Assembly: GCA_002269645.1 (NCBI GenBank)
Contig: NIVC01000718.1
Span: forward strand, 1-64,000
Source of the DNA: Macrostomum lignano
Taxonomy: Eukaryota
Length of the DNA: 64,000 nucleotides
Direction of reading: 5' to 3'
A program made the position numbers and the translations under genes. Each line of letters opens with the position of its first letter. Positions within the stretch are counted from its first letter, which is position 1. Shown here in pieces: positions 40,425 through 52,625 of this stretch. Under the pieces are notes generated by a model. The model worked only from the letters and a program-made list of their open reading frames with translations. It was not told the DNA's origin and ran no database searches.

Positions 40425-41102
40425 CCCTCATATAAACCCCACACCCATTCAAAACCCTCAGATAAACCCAACACCGATTCAAAGCCCTCAGATAAACCCC
40501 ACACCCATTCAAAACCCTCAGATAAACCCCACACCTATTCAAAACCCTCAGATAAACCCCACACCCATTCAAAACCCTCAGATAAACCCCACACCCATTC
40601 AAAACCCTCAGATAAACCCCACACCCATTTGAAACCCTCAGATAAACCCCACACCTATTCAAAAACCTCAGATAACCCCCACACCAATTCAAAACCCTCA
40701 GATAAACCCCACACCTATTCAAAACCCTCAGATAAACCCCACACTCTTTCAAAACCCTCAGATAAACCCCACACCTATTCAAAACCCTCAGATAAACCCC
40801 ACACCTATTCAAAACCCTCAGATAAACCCCACACCTATTCAAAACCCTCAGATAAACCCCACACCTATTCAAAACCCTCAGATAAACCCCACACCCATTC
40901 AAAACCCTCAGATAAACCCCACACCCATTCAAAACCCTCAGATAAACCCCACACCTATTCAAAAACCTCAGATAACCCCCACACCCATTCAAAACCCTCA
41001 GATAAACCCCACACTCTTTCAAAACCCTCAGATAAACCCCACACCCATTCAAAACCCTCAGATAAACCCCACACCCATTCAAAACCCTCAGATAAACCCC
41101 AG
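40425..41102. repeat. 30-bp minisatellite (cacacccattcaaaaccctcagataaaccc), ~22 copies
   Basis: Direct inspection. Confidence 0.95.
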
Positions 41103-41674
41103 ACACTTCCAAATGATCTTTTTTTCGCTTTACTACCGAATAATATTTATCGATTGAAGCAGCTTCTAAGCATCTTCTCAAATATTATTTACTAGTTATA
41201 ATAATTATTGAGAGTATTATAGTCAAACTCAGAGAAGCCTTCGAAAGGATCCCCGCTGAACTCTTATCTATCTGAGACCGTGAAAATATAGATTCCCTCT
41301 CAGCCTTCAACCCATCCCATGACTCGGCCGCTTTAATGTTTATGACTGTTGCTGGGCAGTAAGTGCACGGCCTCCCGCTGCACTAATGTAAGCTGCTATT
41401 AATTATTGATGGGGCATGCCTTTGCTCGAGCCAGAATCACCGATGATTATGCTAAACGTAAGATGTGGAAATTAATTACTAGTTGGTATGGGATTCGGCG
41501 TAAAGCCAAGGGAATGGAAAGTTCAATTTTAAGATTTTTTCGTAGATTTTCCCACCGACTAATTGGAACCGAGGGTGGCTGCCCGCCGGGATTTATTCGA
41601 TTGGCACTACTACACTGGTCTGTTTACCTGTTCGCTCCTGCCTGTGGCCTCCTCTCCACCGACTCCCGCTCCAT

Positions 41675-42125
41675 CTCTCTGTATCTACCGCTTCCTCTCT
41701 CGCTCTCCCCCTCTCTCCTCTCTCTCTCCCCCTCTCTCCTCTTGCTCTCCTTCTCTCCCTGCCTCTCTCTCTCCCCCTCTCTCCTCTTGCTCTCCTTCTC
41801 TCCCTGCCTCTCTCTCCCCCTCTCTCCTCTTGCTCTCCTTCTCTCCCTGCCTCTCTCTCTCCCCCTCTCCCCTCTTGCTCTCCTTCTCTCCCTGCCTCTC
41901 TCTCTGCCTCTTCTTCTCTCTCTGTCTCTCTCTCCTTCCTTCCCCCCTCTCCCTCCTTCTCTCCCTCTCCTCCCTCTCACTCTCCCTCTCTCCCCCTCTC
42001 ACTCTCCCTCTCCTCCCTTTCTCCCTTTCCCTGCTTCACTCCAACTCTCACTTCCTCTTTCCCTCTCTCTCTTTCCCTTTCTCCCTCTCTCCGTCTCTCC
42101 CTCTTAGTCTCCTCTTTTTCTCCTC
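41675..42125. repeat. CT-rich polypyrimidine tract
   Basis: Direct inspection. Confidence 0.9.
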
Positions 42126-42924
42126 ACCGTTAGTGTGACCATTAGTTTTTACAAATATTTATTATTTTTTTATACATTTGTTAATTAATAACGTGGCTCG
42201 TAGAATCATACATAATAACCTTAAATACATAGCAAACGAGCGTAAAAGTACACAGCATCAAAGCTTCATCATATCCCACAGGATATGAACCCGAGAAGGA
42301 CCCCAACAGCTCCAGATCCTTGTGAGCATTAATATTCTGTTGCTGAAACAGAAATTGTGCTAGCAAAATATACAGGGTCTCTTCTGTTATCCCCAGAGAA
42401 CTGAAGATTGCTGATCCCGATTGGCGAAGGAAAGACACAAATTTAATTTTTATACAAGCTCATCCCGGATCCGAGGAGCCTTGATGAGGCGTCATTATCT
42501 TGTGTGAGGCTTAAACTGATTTCTCAACTCAAGAAATTCAACTGCTCTCTGAGAGGATAAATATAGATTGCAAAAAAACTCTGCGTTTGCCTCGTTACCG
42601 ATCGGGGAGAGCCATCATCCCGAGTGTCCAGGCACCGCTGTGAGCAAATAGAATAATATGTATCTGCTATAGAGCGATCAACTGGCAAGTACAAGGCGTA
42701 ATGTTCTTCAGCTGTTTGGATTTCTGCGACTTTCTGCCGCAGCCACGCACAACCTAATCTGACTATAGGCTGAATTATGCATAAAGAATATTCAAGCGCG
42801 TCTTCTGAGATCCCAACTAGCAGCTGCTTGCCGGCTGAGGCAATTTTTCTGCTACTAGGGGAGTAAGAACTATTCAATACGGTGGTAATTCACTAGTACT
42901 GAATATTGACTTCTTTTTAGTATA

Positions 42925-43830
42925 TAGTCATGATGATTATTGTCACTCTATCCAGTGACTCATGATGATTAGTGTCACTCTATCTAGTGACTCATGATGA
43001 TTATTGTCACTCTATCTAGTGACTCATGATGATTGTTGTCACTCTATCTAGTGACTCATGATGATTATTGTCACTCTATCTAGTGACTCATGATGATTAT
43101 TGTCTGTCTCTATCTAGTGACTCATGATGATTATTGTCACTCTATCCAGTGACTCATGATGATTATTGTCTGTCTCTATCCAGTGACTCATGATGATTAT
43201 TGTCACTCTATCTAGTGACTCATTCTGATTATTGTCTGTCTTTATCTGGTGATTCATGATGATTATTGTCTGTCTCTATCCAGTGACTCATGATGATTAT
43301 TGTCTGTCTCTATCCAGTGACTCATGATGATTGTTGTCACTCTATCTAGTGACTCATGATGATTATTGTCACTCTATCCAGTGACTCATGATGATTATTG
43401 TCTGTCTCTATCTAGTGACTCATGATGATTATTGTCACTCTATCTAGTGACTCATTCTGATTATTGTCTGTCTTTATCTGGTGATTCATGATGATTATTG
43501 TCTGTCTCTATCCAGTGACTCATGATGATTATTGTCTGTCTCTATCCAGTGACTCATGATGATTATTGCCTGTCTCTATCTAGAGACTCATGATGATTGT
43601 TGTCACTCTATCTAGTGACTCATGATGATTATTGTCACTCTATCCAGTGACTCATGATGATTATTGTCACTCTATCTAGTGACTCATTCTGATTATTGTC
43701 TGTCTTTATCTGGTGATTCATGATGATTATTGTCTGTCTCTATCCAGTGACTCATGATGATTGTTGTCACTCTATCTAGTGACTCATGATGATTATTGTC
43801 TGTCTCTCTGTCTAGTGACTCATAATGAAT
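42925..43830. repeat. 32/34-bp minisatellite (tagtgactcatgatgattattgtcactctatc), ~27 copies
   Basis: Direct inspection; the unit contains the AGTGAC/GTCACT dyad and TGACTCA. Confidence 0.95.
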
Positions 43831-44439
43831 ATTGTCTGCCTATATTGAGTTGTTATGATTGCTGACTCATTGTCGCTAACAATGATTAATGCCTCTCTAT
43901 ATCTACATTTAGTACCGTAATCCGAGCGTAAGTAGACATGAGTCATTCCAGATGTACACATTTCCCGATTATTTTAGACTAATTCACGTTTCTATTGTAG
44001 ATCAGCTTTGGAGCAGCAAGTGTGGCTGCAGACTAGGTTTAGAAATAGTTTAGTTATTCAGCCAAAGGGACGAGCTTAGCGCAGGGCTGACAGTCAGCCA
44101 ATGAGGCGAGCTCTGCAACTGGTCGAGTGCTTCTGCCCCCGGATACAACTAGCAGGAACCGGTGTCCACTGCTGCCGCCGCTGCTACAGTCCACTGATTC
44201 CCAATCAGTGCCTCATTTGCTCATATTGGAATCAAATTCAATCGTAACTTTATATCTGAGAAGTATTTTTGTCTCTATCTTGACGGAGTTATTCCGACTA
44301 TTGACGATCAACTAGGCAAGTGAGTTGTGAAAAATTCTTTTATTGACAACGTATTACTTTATTTGTTTTATCATACTCATTTGGCTTAATTTTGCGTCTC
44401 TGTTGATGACTGATTTCTGCGTCTTGTCTGACAAATTTC

Positions 44440-44720
44440 GGGATATTTTCTGATACATTTTTGGCGCTTCTTCTGACACACTTTTAGCATCTTTTCTGAC
44501 AAATTTTTGGCGCTTCTTCTGACACACTTTTGGCGCTTCTTCTGATACACTTTTGACGCTTCTTCTGACACACTTTTAGCGCTTCTTCTGACACACTTTT
44601 GACGCTTCTCCTGACAAACTTTTGGCGCTTCTTCTGACACACTTTTGACGCTTCTCCTGACAATTTTGGCGCTTCTTCTGACCCATTGTGGCACATTTTC
44701 TGACACATTTTTGGCACCTC
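44440..44720. repeat. 23-bp minisatellite (ttttggcgcttcttctgacacac)
   Basis: About 11 copies. Confidence 0.88.
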
Positions 44721-46409
44721 TCTGAGACTTTTTGATGCATAATTTGACATCGTGTCCCCTGGCCACTCTCGATCTTCTGACACTTTTTCGGCCACTTTGG
44801 CGAGTTTTTCTGACAATTTTGACTGTATATTGACACTCAGACAGTTGCCGGGGGCATATTTTGAGACAGGTTGATGTTGATGTTTCGTCTTTGTTTACAT
44901 TAATTAAGGTACTCTCTGGAACCGTTATTATCCCTAATCCAATGCTCCCCTTCTTGTATTCCCATTTCTTTAATCCCTACCCTACTCTTTCTCTCTAGCT
45001 CTAAATCCTTTGACTTCGAACGGAAACAACAAGCCAACAAAACTTAATGGCTTGCGTGATTAGCGGGTCCGAAAACACTCAGTAGGAGTTCAATCAACTT
45101 GAGCAAGTCTTCTATTTTTGATCGCCCTCTGTAAGAAAATAAAGACACACTCGACACTGAGCGTGTAAGGCGTCAAGTTTAATCATGTTACTCAGCCTTG
45201 TCTTCTGAATCCATCAGAGACATAGACGGGAAGTCCAGGCGGTCTCCCGGGATCAGCTTACTTGTCCGAGACTCACGCTACCGCCGCGTTGTCTGCGTCT
45301 TTTCTTTCTCTTTAGAAAACCCTCCGGACCAGAATTAATCAACTGAACTTCGCTCTTCACTCAGTCTCTTCTAAGCGTCATCTTCATCGCATCACGCACG
45401 GCCACAGTCTTACCAAGTCGCTAAAGTGGCGATTCATCGAGCACTGAGAACTTTGTATCCGGTGTTGAAAGTTTGATGCTTCTGGTGAATCGGGAGTGGG
45501 TTTTTAAGCGTTTTTTTAAGCGACATCGTCCCACTACCAGTGCTGACGGCGATTCTCTTGAGCACCTACAAGACACGCACTCACACCCTCAGAATTTCGA
45601 CGCAACGTTGCTTGGATACACTTGGATCTACTTTGGCAAATATGAGAAAATGTATCAATGGAGGAATTTCATCGACTTGCACTCGTTCAGCTGGACTAGT
45701 AGAGAGTTCACGCGGTGAAATATCTTTAGCCGAGTGTCCATCGCAAAATCAATACCTATAGTAGTCCCTGCGGCTAGTTTCCAATCCAAGTTTCCATTGC
45801 AGAACTCCATGGCTCTATAGCGAATAGCTGCCTTAGAACATTTTTTTACAATCAAACAGACAGACATGTAGGCGCAGACGGGTTCCAGGGTCGCATTGGC
45901 ATGTGCATTTTCGATCCCTGGCCCCCACAGGTAGCCATGCAGCCTCCGTCCTGCGGCTGTCTCCAGGAATTTCACTTTGAGGTCATAAAACTATGGCGCA
46001 TGTGACGGCAGCGGCCAACCCCCCATTTAGTATAGGCTGAAGCTGTCGATGTGAAGACCGAATGCGAAGCCAAGTCTGCACAACCGGAAGGGGAAATCCT
46101 TAGCATGCAGCATGAGAAACGAGAAACGCACAGCATAGCAAAGCATCTGCGCCACTAATAATTCTTATTACGCTCAACTGCACGCAGTGGAACTCACTCT
46201 GGTCTTGTTTAAGCGTTCTCTCCGTCTCTACTCTCTTACTTTATCGGTCAGCCTCAAGTTGCGATATAAATATAGAGCTTGCGATTAAATTAGATCAGTC
46301 ACACTCGAGTGCGAATTCAAGTATCCTGCCAACTAGGCGCTTGTCTGCTTGATTGCGGCCTGCTCCAGAGGGGCAACGCTTCTGCTGGACATTTTGCAGC
46401 TCCACTGCT

Positions 46410-47090
46410 TCCTTCCTGTGTCTCTCCCTTCTCTCCCTGCCTCTCATCTTCCCTCTCTCCCTGCCTCTCATCTTCCCTCTCTCCCTGCCTCTCATCTTCC
46501 CTCTCTCCCTGCCTCCCATCTTCCCTCTCTCCCTGCCTCTCATCTTCCCTTATCTCCCTGCCTCTCATCTTCCCTCTCACGCTGCCTCTCATCTTCCCTC
46601 TCACGCTGCCTCTCATCTTCCCTCTCACCCTGCCTCTCATCTTCTCTCTCACCCTGCCTCTCATCTTTCCTTCTCTCCCTGCCTCTCATATTGCCTCTCA
46701 CCCTGCCTCTCATCTTCCTTCTCACTCTGCTTCTCATCTTCCCTCTCACCCTGCCTCTCATCTTCTCTCTCACCCTGCCTCTCATCTTTCCTTCTCTCCC
46801 TGCCTCTCATATTGCCTCTCACCCTGCCTCTCATCTTCCTTCTCACTCTGCTTCTCATCTTCCCTCTCACCCTGCCTCTCATCTTCCCTCTCACCCTGCC
46901 TCTCATCTTCCCTCTCACCCTGCCTCTCCACCTCCTTCGCACCCTGGACGTCAGCTTCCTTCTCACTCTCCTTGTCACCCCCTTGTCAAACTCCTTGCTA
47001 TCTTCCCTTTCACCCTCCTTCTCACCCTCCTACTCACCCTCCCACTCACCCTCAAGCTCACCCTTCCAGTCACCCTCCCAGTCACCCTTA
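46410..47090. repeat. 24-bp CT-rich minisatellite (ccctgcctctcatcttccctctct)
   Basis: Direct inspection. Confidence 0.9.
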
Positions 47091-47341
47091 TATTAACGCT
47101 AAGCCTCTCCCAATCTCAAGCTGTATGCTTCGTCCATAAAAAGCACAGAAGCAATCAAATCTTATCAACTCCATCCCAAAATTGTTTCTATCGCACAATT
47201 TTTTCTGTTGAAGCTTTGAGAACATTTCTTAGAAATCAATTTTATGACTTGACTTGACTTAGCTGCAGGGCTGTCCCGGAGGGGACACAGCGGGAAGGCG
47301 CGGGCGCCCATTCCGCTAGTCCCTGAACGGCCGACGCGTCG

Positions 47342-50300
47342 CTATGGACGGAGGGTTGGCGCCGCCCAGGGAGGTCCCCCAGTGTCGCCAGCAGCTATGG
47401 TGCTCTCTGGAAAGGAGAGTTCAGCCCTGCGGGTGGCCCGAAGGTAGCGCATGAGCTGATTAAAGTTTTCGGGTTTGCACGCTTCAGTAATAGATGTGTG
47501 TGGCCCGAGGTAAGTGAGTCTGGCCCGCGTGAAGGCGGGACAGATGCTGACGAAATGCTCAGCGGTTTCGTCACCTGAGTTGCAGAAACTACAGGTGGCG
47601 TTGGTGGCGTTGCCCTGCAGGTACTGGTGCCTGGAGAAGCAGCCGTGACCAGAGAGGGTCATGGTGGCAGCCCGGATGTCTCTGCGCGAGAGGCGCAAGA
47701 GGAGCTTCCGGAGCTGGTGAGAGGGCTGAGGGACAGCGCCTCTGGATTGCCTGCAGTTCGTGCGGTTCGCCCAAGTCGAGCGGTGCTGAGTCCTGATCCA
47801 CGCTTTGATGCGCGAGTCGATGACACAGCCAGGAATCGGGACAAGAGGTTCGGGGCCGAGAGAGGAGCCGGAGGCACCAACTTTTGCAAGGGTGTCAGCC
47901 AACTCATTTCCTCGGATCCCCACATGCCCCGGAACCCACTTAAGGGTAATTTTGTTGGCGGAACCCAACACATTGAGGAGTTTGATACAGTCAAGGACTG
48001 TAGCAGAGTTGGTGCTGCAGCCACTGATGGCGTGCAAGGCAGCTTGGCTGTCCGAATGGAAAATGATGTTCTTACCAGTAACGCCAGTGGCGAGAAGCTC
48101 TGCAGTGCAGGAGCTGATGGCCAGAACTTCATTTTGGAAAACACTGGAGTTGACCCCAGTGTATTGAGCGTGGGTAGCGATGACCCTCCCGTTCAGAAAG
48201 ATTCCAACACCAAAGCCGGTGTTGGCTGACTGCTTAGAACCGTCGGTGTAGCAATGAAGCTCACCAGGGTTCCAATGGTCATTGATGTTATCGCGCGAGT
48301 CGATAGCTACGGAGTAGCGCTGTCTCAGGTTGAGCGTTGAGGCAATGCCATCGGTGAAGACGCGATTGGCCTGACACTCGTTGAGAAAGTTGAGGCACAG
48401 ATCGCTATGCGGGACAAGGTTCCGCTTAGCAGGTGCTCTCATGTAAATGAATTTGACGCCGGCATCAATTAGACGCCGCGTCGTTCTAGCCGCCTCACCC
48501 CTGATGAAGAGGTCAAGAGGCGGAAGATTAAGAAAGGCCCCCATGCCAGCAAAGGGCGTGGACCTGGTGGCGTTGCAGATGAGCCTACACGCTCTGCCTT
48601 GGATCGTGTTGAGCAGGTCTGCATGGCTTTTGACCTGGGTAGCGCTAACCCAGACAACAGAGGCGTACGTAATGGCAGGTCTAACTACGGAAGTATAGAT
48701 CCACCAAAGCCGCTTTGGGGATAGACCCCAAGAAGTGCCAAGTGCTCGTCGGAGCTGGGCCAGGATGGCTGAGGCACGCTTAGCTTTTGCTTTCACGTGG
48801 AAGGACCAGTTGAGCCGGTGGTCAAGTGTGACCCCGAGACATCTGGTCTGGTGCGCGAAGGCAATATCTCTGCCGTAGAGCTGCAGAGGACGTATGTTCC
48901 AGCGTAGTCTGCTGGTAAACATAATGGCAACGGTTTTGGGCTCAGAGAGTTCCAAACCATTGTCATTGGCCCAGGATTCTGCTTTGCGGATAAAGCTCTG
49001 CATCAGATCCCTGAGCGTGCTGGGAGACGGTCCTGCCACAATGGCCGTGACGTCATCAGCATACCCGACTTTGAAGACGGGGTCAGGTCGGGAGTCACTC
49101 AGAAGAGCGTCCATGACCAGGTTCCAGAGCGTCGGGGTGAGGACTCCGCCTTGGGGTCCACCCTTACAGACTCTGGTGGAGGCAGTTTGCCCAAGAAGTT
49201 GGGCAGTGACCGTACGGTTGGAGATCATGTACATGATCCACCGTATGAGGGTAGCATGAGCTTTGCGATTTTGAAGGGCCCTCTGAAACGCTTCAAAGAT
49301 AACGTTGTCGAAGGCGCCAACAATGTCAAGAAAGAGAGCCAGGGCGTAACCGTCACCCAGTACCGCCCGTTCAATCTTTTCGACAATCGCATGCAGGGCG
49401 CTGTCAGTCGACCTCCCGGTACGGAAGGCGTGCTGATTATTGCTGAGGGGCATCGCTGTCAGCTCGCAGGAGAGCAGCCGCCAGAGAATAAGCCTCTCAG
49501 TGAGCTTAAGCATTGCTGACGTTAAGCTAATTGGCCGGAAGGCCTTGACGCTTTGGTAGTCACCCTTCCCAGGTTTGGGAATAAAGACTACTCGAGCTTC
49601 AGTCCAGCTTTTGGGAACGTATCCCAGCTGGATAGAGGCCCGCATAAGATTGCGGGTGAGTCTCAGGAACGAGGGTATCTTGGCTGCTTCACGAAGGAGA
49701 ACAGGGTAGATACCATCAGGTCCAGGAGATTTGAAGGGTTTGAAGGTTCTGACCGCACGAGCGATTAGGTCTTCAGTGACAATGCCCGCCGCTAGGGTGG
49801 CTCCATCCATCGAATGGTTGGGCTCCGGTCTAGCAGTAGGTACCCTCGGGAAGAATGTGCTAAGCATATGCTGAAGCACTTCTTCAGGGTCTTTAGTAAG
49901 AGAGCCATCATCTTTTTTATCATGGCTAATTTGGACATTTTGTCCATTGTAAGGGCCTTGACAAGCCTAGAAGTAGGTCTGTCTTGATCCAATTCATTGC
50001 AGAATTGGCGCCACTTACATTCCTTGGCCTTGCGCACTTCAGATTTGAAATTGCGGGAGGCTTGCCGGAAAAGCTCCATGTCCTCCGGGTTTCCGGTCTT
50101 CATGGCACGGCGATGAAGGCTTTTGGCCTTCCGCCTGAGTTTCCCCAGCTCCGGGTTCCACCACGGCGCCGAGGTCTTGCCTCTGTAGGCGCGAGCAGGA
50201 CAAGCCGCTTCGTAGGCTGCAATAATGCAACCTGTCAGCGTCTCAGCCATATGATCCACATCCTCGCAGGTCTCAATCGGACGTAAGTCCGTGAGTTCCT

Positions 50301-51080
50301 GCAGGTGCAGATCAAGGGCAGCCTTGTAGGCCGCCCAATCAGTGTTGCGGATATTGCGTCTCCAAGTGATCGGAGACTGGGTTTTAGTGTCCGCGATATT
50401 AAAGGCGATAAAGCAGTGGTCAGACAGGGAGGGCTCCTCAGACCAGACTCTCCACTCCTTGACTCTGTCAAAGAGTCTTGGGGTAACGAGTGTGGCGTCG
50501 AGGACCTCGGTCCATCTGCCATTATTAAAGGTAGGAGTGCTGCCGCGGTTGCAGAGCATGAGGTTTGTGTTAGAGATGAGGGCCAGAAGCTCCTCTCCTC
50601 TAGTGTTGGTATCTTTGCTGCCCCAGTGCTTGTGGTGCGCGTTGAGGTCGCCCCCTAAGCACAGCTCAGCGTTCTGGGACTCGCAGTACTGCGCAAGGCG
50701 CAGTAAACTCTCGGGAGCAGGGTCTCTGTCGCCTGGGATATAAACCGAGGCAACAAGACACGTACGCGGAGAGAAATGATTAGATTGGATGACGCAAAGG
50801 TCTCCATCAGAGAGATCAGTCCTCAGCCAAGCCTGGAGATGGCTAGCAGCGAGGATAGCCGCTCTAGGGCGGCTGTTCCCCGGGCCACACACATAAAAAT
50901 CAAGTAGCCAGAGGGAATGTTGGGCAACTTACCGTTGCGCATCCAGGGTTCCTGGATCAGGATGAGGCCTGGCCTGTACAGCTCAGCAATCTTCATCAGA
51001 TTTACTGACGCAGATACGCAATGCTGTAAATTTATTTGCAGACAGAATGTCGCTCCTTTGGCAGCGTGGAGCTTAGTCAT
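47342..51080 (-). CDS. Retrotransposon ORF2 polyprotein (APE endonuclease, reverse transcriptase, RNase H, CCHC knuckle); ~1246 aa after repairing two 1-nt frameshifts
   Basis: QINLQH, LIQEPW, GDLNAHH, SDH (APE); KSPGPDG, QGGVLTP, YADD (RT); YTDGSK, SDSQAAL, WVPGHVGIRGNELAD (RNase H); CSFCNSGDETAEHFVSIC. Breaks at 50895-50899 and 49913-49918. Confidence 0.93.
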
Positions 51081-51119
51081 ACTGTATTAAATGCAATATC
51101 TGGCTAGAGCCCAGGGCCA

Positions 51120-52625
51120 TCAAGGAGACTTGGACAACAGATCGTCCTCGTCCCAGGCCGCTGGGGCTTGACTGGGAGATGGGAGTTGGTCGACGTCCAT
51201 GGCCTCCTCACCCCCACCGGCCCCCCCAGCAGAGTCCTCAGGCTCCGATGACAGGATGGAGGAAGCTTCCTCACCTGCATCTTTACCTTCAGACCCCACC
51301 AAGGTGGCCGAGGAGAGCTCGGATTCCGAAGACCCGGCCTCGTCCTCAACTCCTTCTCCGACTGGCAGGTTTGGTTCCCGGGGCTCGGCCGGAGCCGTTA
51401 CCGCGGTCGCCGAACTGCTGCTAGCAGAGGGGCGAGATGCAGCTTTGGCTTTGGGATCGGCTTGCGCCTTTCCTTGGGCCTTAGACTGCGCCCCGCTCTT
51501 GCCGGAGATGCCGGGGTTGGCAGTAGCCTTCCCTTTGGCAGACTTTCCTCGGCGCAACTTGAGCTTGAGGGCACCCAGCTGGAAAGAGGATCCATTAGGG
51601 TACCGACTCGCCCAAGTGCTGGAAAGGCCGAGGACAATTGAGTTGCCCGTCTCCCCCCTGCGGACTTTGCGGTGATACACCAGTCCACTAGCAGGGAGGT
51701 CGGGGTTCAGACGCAGTAGGACCCGGCGAATAACGTCTGGTCCAGCTGCGGTGCTCTTAGCAGGGACGAAAACCACATAGGGTATCGTCTTTGGACGCTG
51801 GCCCTCGCGAAGAAAAAGAGCTCCACCAAGGTCAGCATCCAAGGAGACCGTCGGTAGCCGCTGGAGCAGCCGCCGAGCGTCCTCCTCGCTGCTAGGAGCA
51901 ATAAGAACGAATGTGCTTCGCAGCACCATCCGCTCAACGCCGATGGAGATTCCCTCCTCGACAGTCAGCTCAATCAGATAGGAGTCAACAGCACTCCACA
52001 CTTTTTGAAGCTGATCAGTGGTCCAGTCCTGGTCGCGACCTTGGATGATCACTCCCGGGATTTTGGCCTTGGCCTTCGCCGCAAAGGTAGCTCCCGAAGG
52101 AACCTCCTTGTTGGCAGTGGCCATTTGTTGCGCCGTGGTTTCGGCCTCAGCAGCCGCGGCAGCAGCTCCAGGGAGCGCCGCCGCTGAACTACTGGAGCTT
52201 CCACCGGCCGGCCCGCCTGGTTGCCTTGGGACTCCAGTCGCTTCAGCATCCATGGTGGACGCCGCCGCTTTGGCCCCCGCAGCTCCCTTCTTGGCCTGCC
52301 TTTTGGCGCGTTGTTTAGCGCGTTTGCGCTCAAGCCGAGCCCGCTGAGCTTCATCGGATCTGCCAGATTTGGCCGGTCCTTTAGGCTCAGAGCTCGCGGT
52401 TCCCTTAGATCCACCAGCGGAGCTGGCAGGTCTTAGGGTATTTTGAGTTTGGTAGCTCTGGTCGGATCTGCCAGCAGAGCCAGCCGGTCCTTCCTTTGCC
52501 ACAGTTGAATCAGTCGGTTGGGATCTGCCAGCAGGGCCGGCCGGTCCTTCGGACTGAGGTTGGGGTTTAGAAGGGTCCCCGTCCCTAGAAATAGCTTGTT
52601 TATCCATAGTCGGCTCGAAGGCCAT
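51120..52625 (-). CDS. Retrotransposon ORF1 (gag-like, DUF4780-like central domain), ~501 aa from ATG 52625
   Basis: Uninterrupted ORF with a basic/Ala-rich N-terminus, a globular middle and an acidic tail; ends 39 nt before the ORF2 ATG. Confidence 0.8.
   Translation of the reverse strand: MAFEPTMDKQAISRDGDPSKPQPQSEGPAGPAGRSQPTDSTVAKEGPAGSAGRSDQSYQTQNTLRPASSAGGSKGTASSEPKGPAKSGRSDEAQRARLERKRAKQRAKRQAKKGAAGAKAAASTMDAEATGVPRQPGGPAGGSSSSSAAALPGAAAAAAEAETTAQQMATANKEVPSGATFAAKAKAKIPGVIIQGRDQDWTTDQLQKVWSAVDSYLIELTVEEGISIGVERMVLRSTFVLIAPSSEEDARRLLQRLPTVSLDADLGGALFLREGQRPKTIPYVVFVPAKSTAAGPDVIRRVLLRLNPDLPASGLVYHRKVRRGETGNSIVLGLSSTWASRYPNGSSFQLGALKLKLRRGKSAKGKATANPGISGKSGAQSKAQGKAQADPKAKAASRPSASSSSATAVTAPAEPREPNLPVGEGVEDEAGSSESELSSATLVGSEGKDAGEEASSILSSEPEDSAGGAGGGEEAMDVDQLPSPSQAPAAWDEDDLLSKSP

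Noticed and set aside
42925-43830. Palindromic 32-bp repeat resembling a CRISPR direct repeat
   Set aside because: No spacers; it is an ordinary minisatellite.
49910-49922. A AAA AAG slippery heptamer in LINE ORF2 as a programmed -1 frameshift
   Set aside because: The phasing fits, but the other three breaks lack slippery heptamers and all four are homopolymer -1 events; an assembly error is simpler. Not excluded without reads.
47589-52436. Numerous antisense and alternative-frame ORFs within the LINE (and similarly within the MATE and transposase genes)
   Set aside because: Expected shadows of GC-rich coding sequence with no recognisable motifs.
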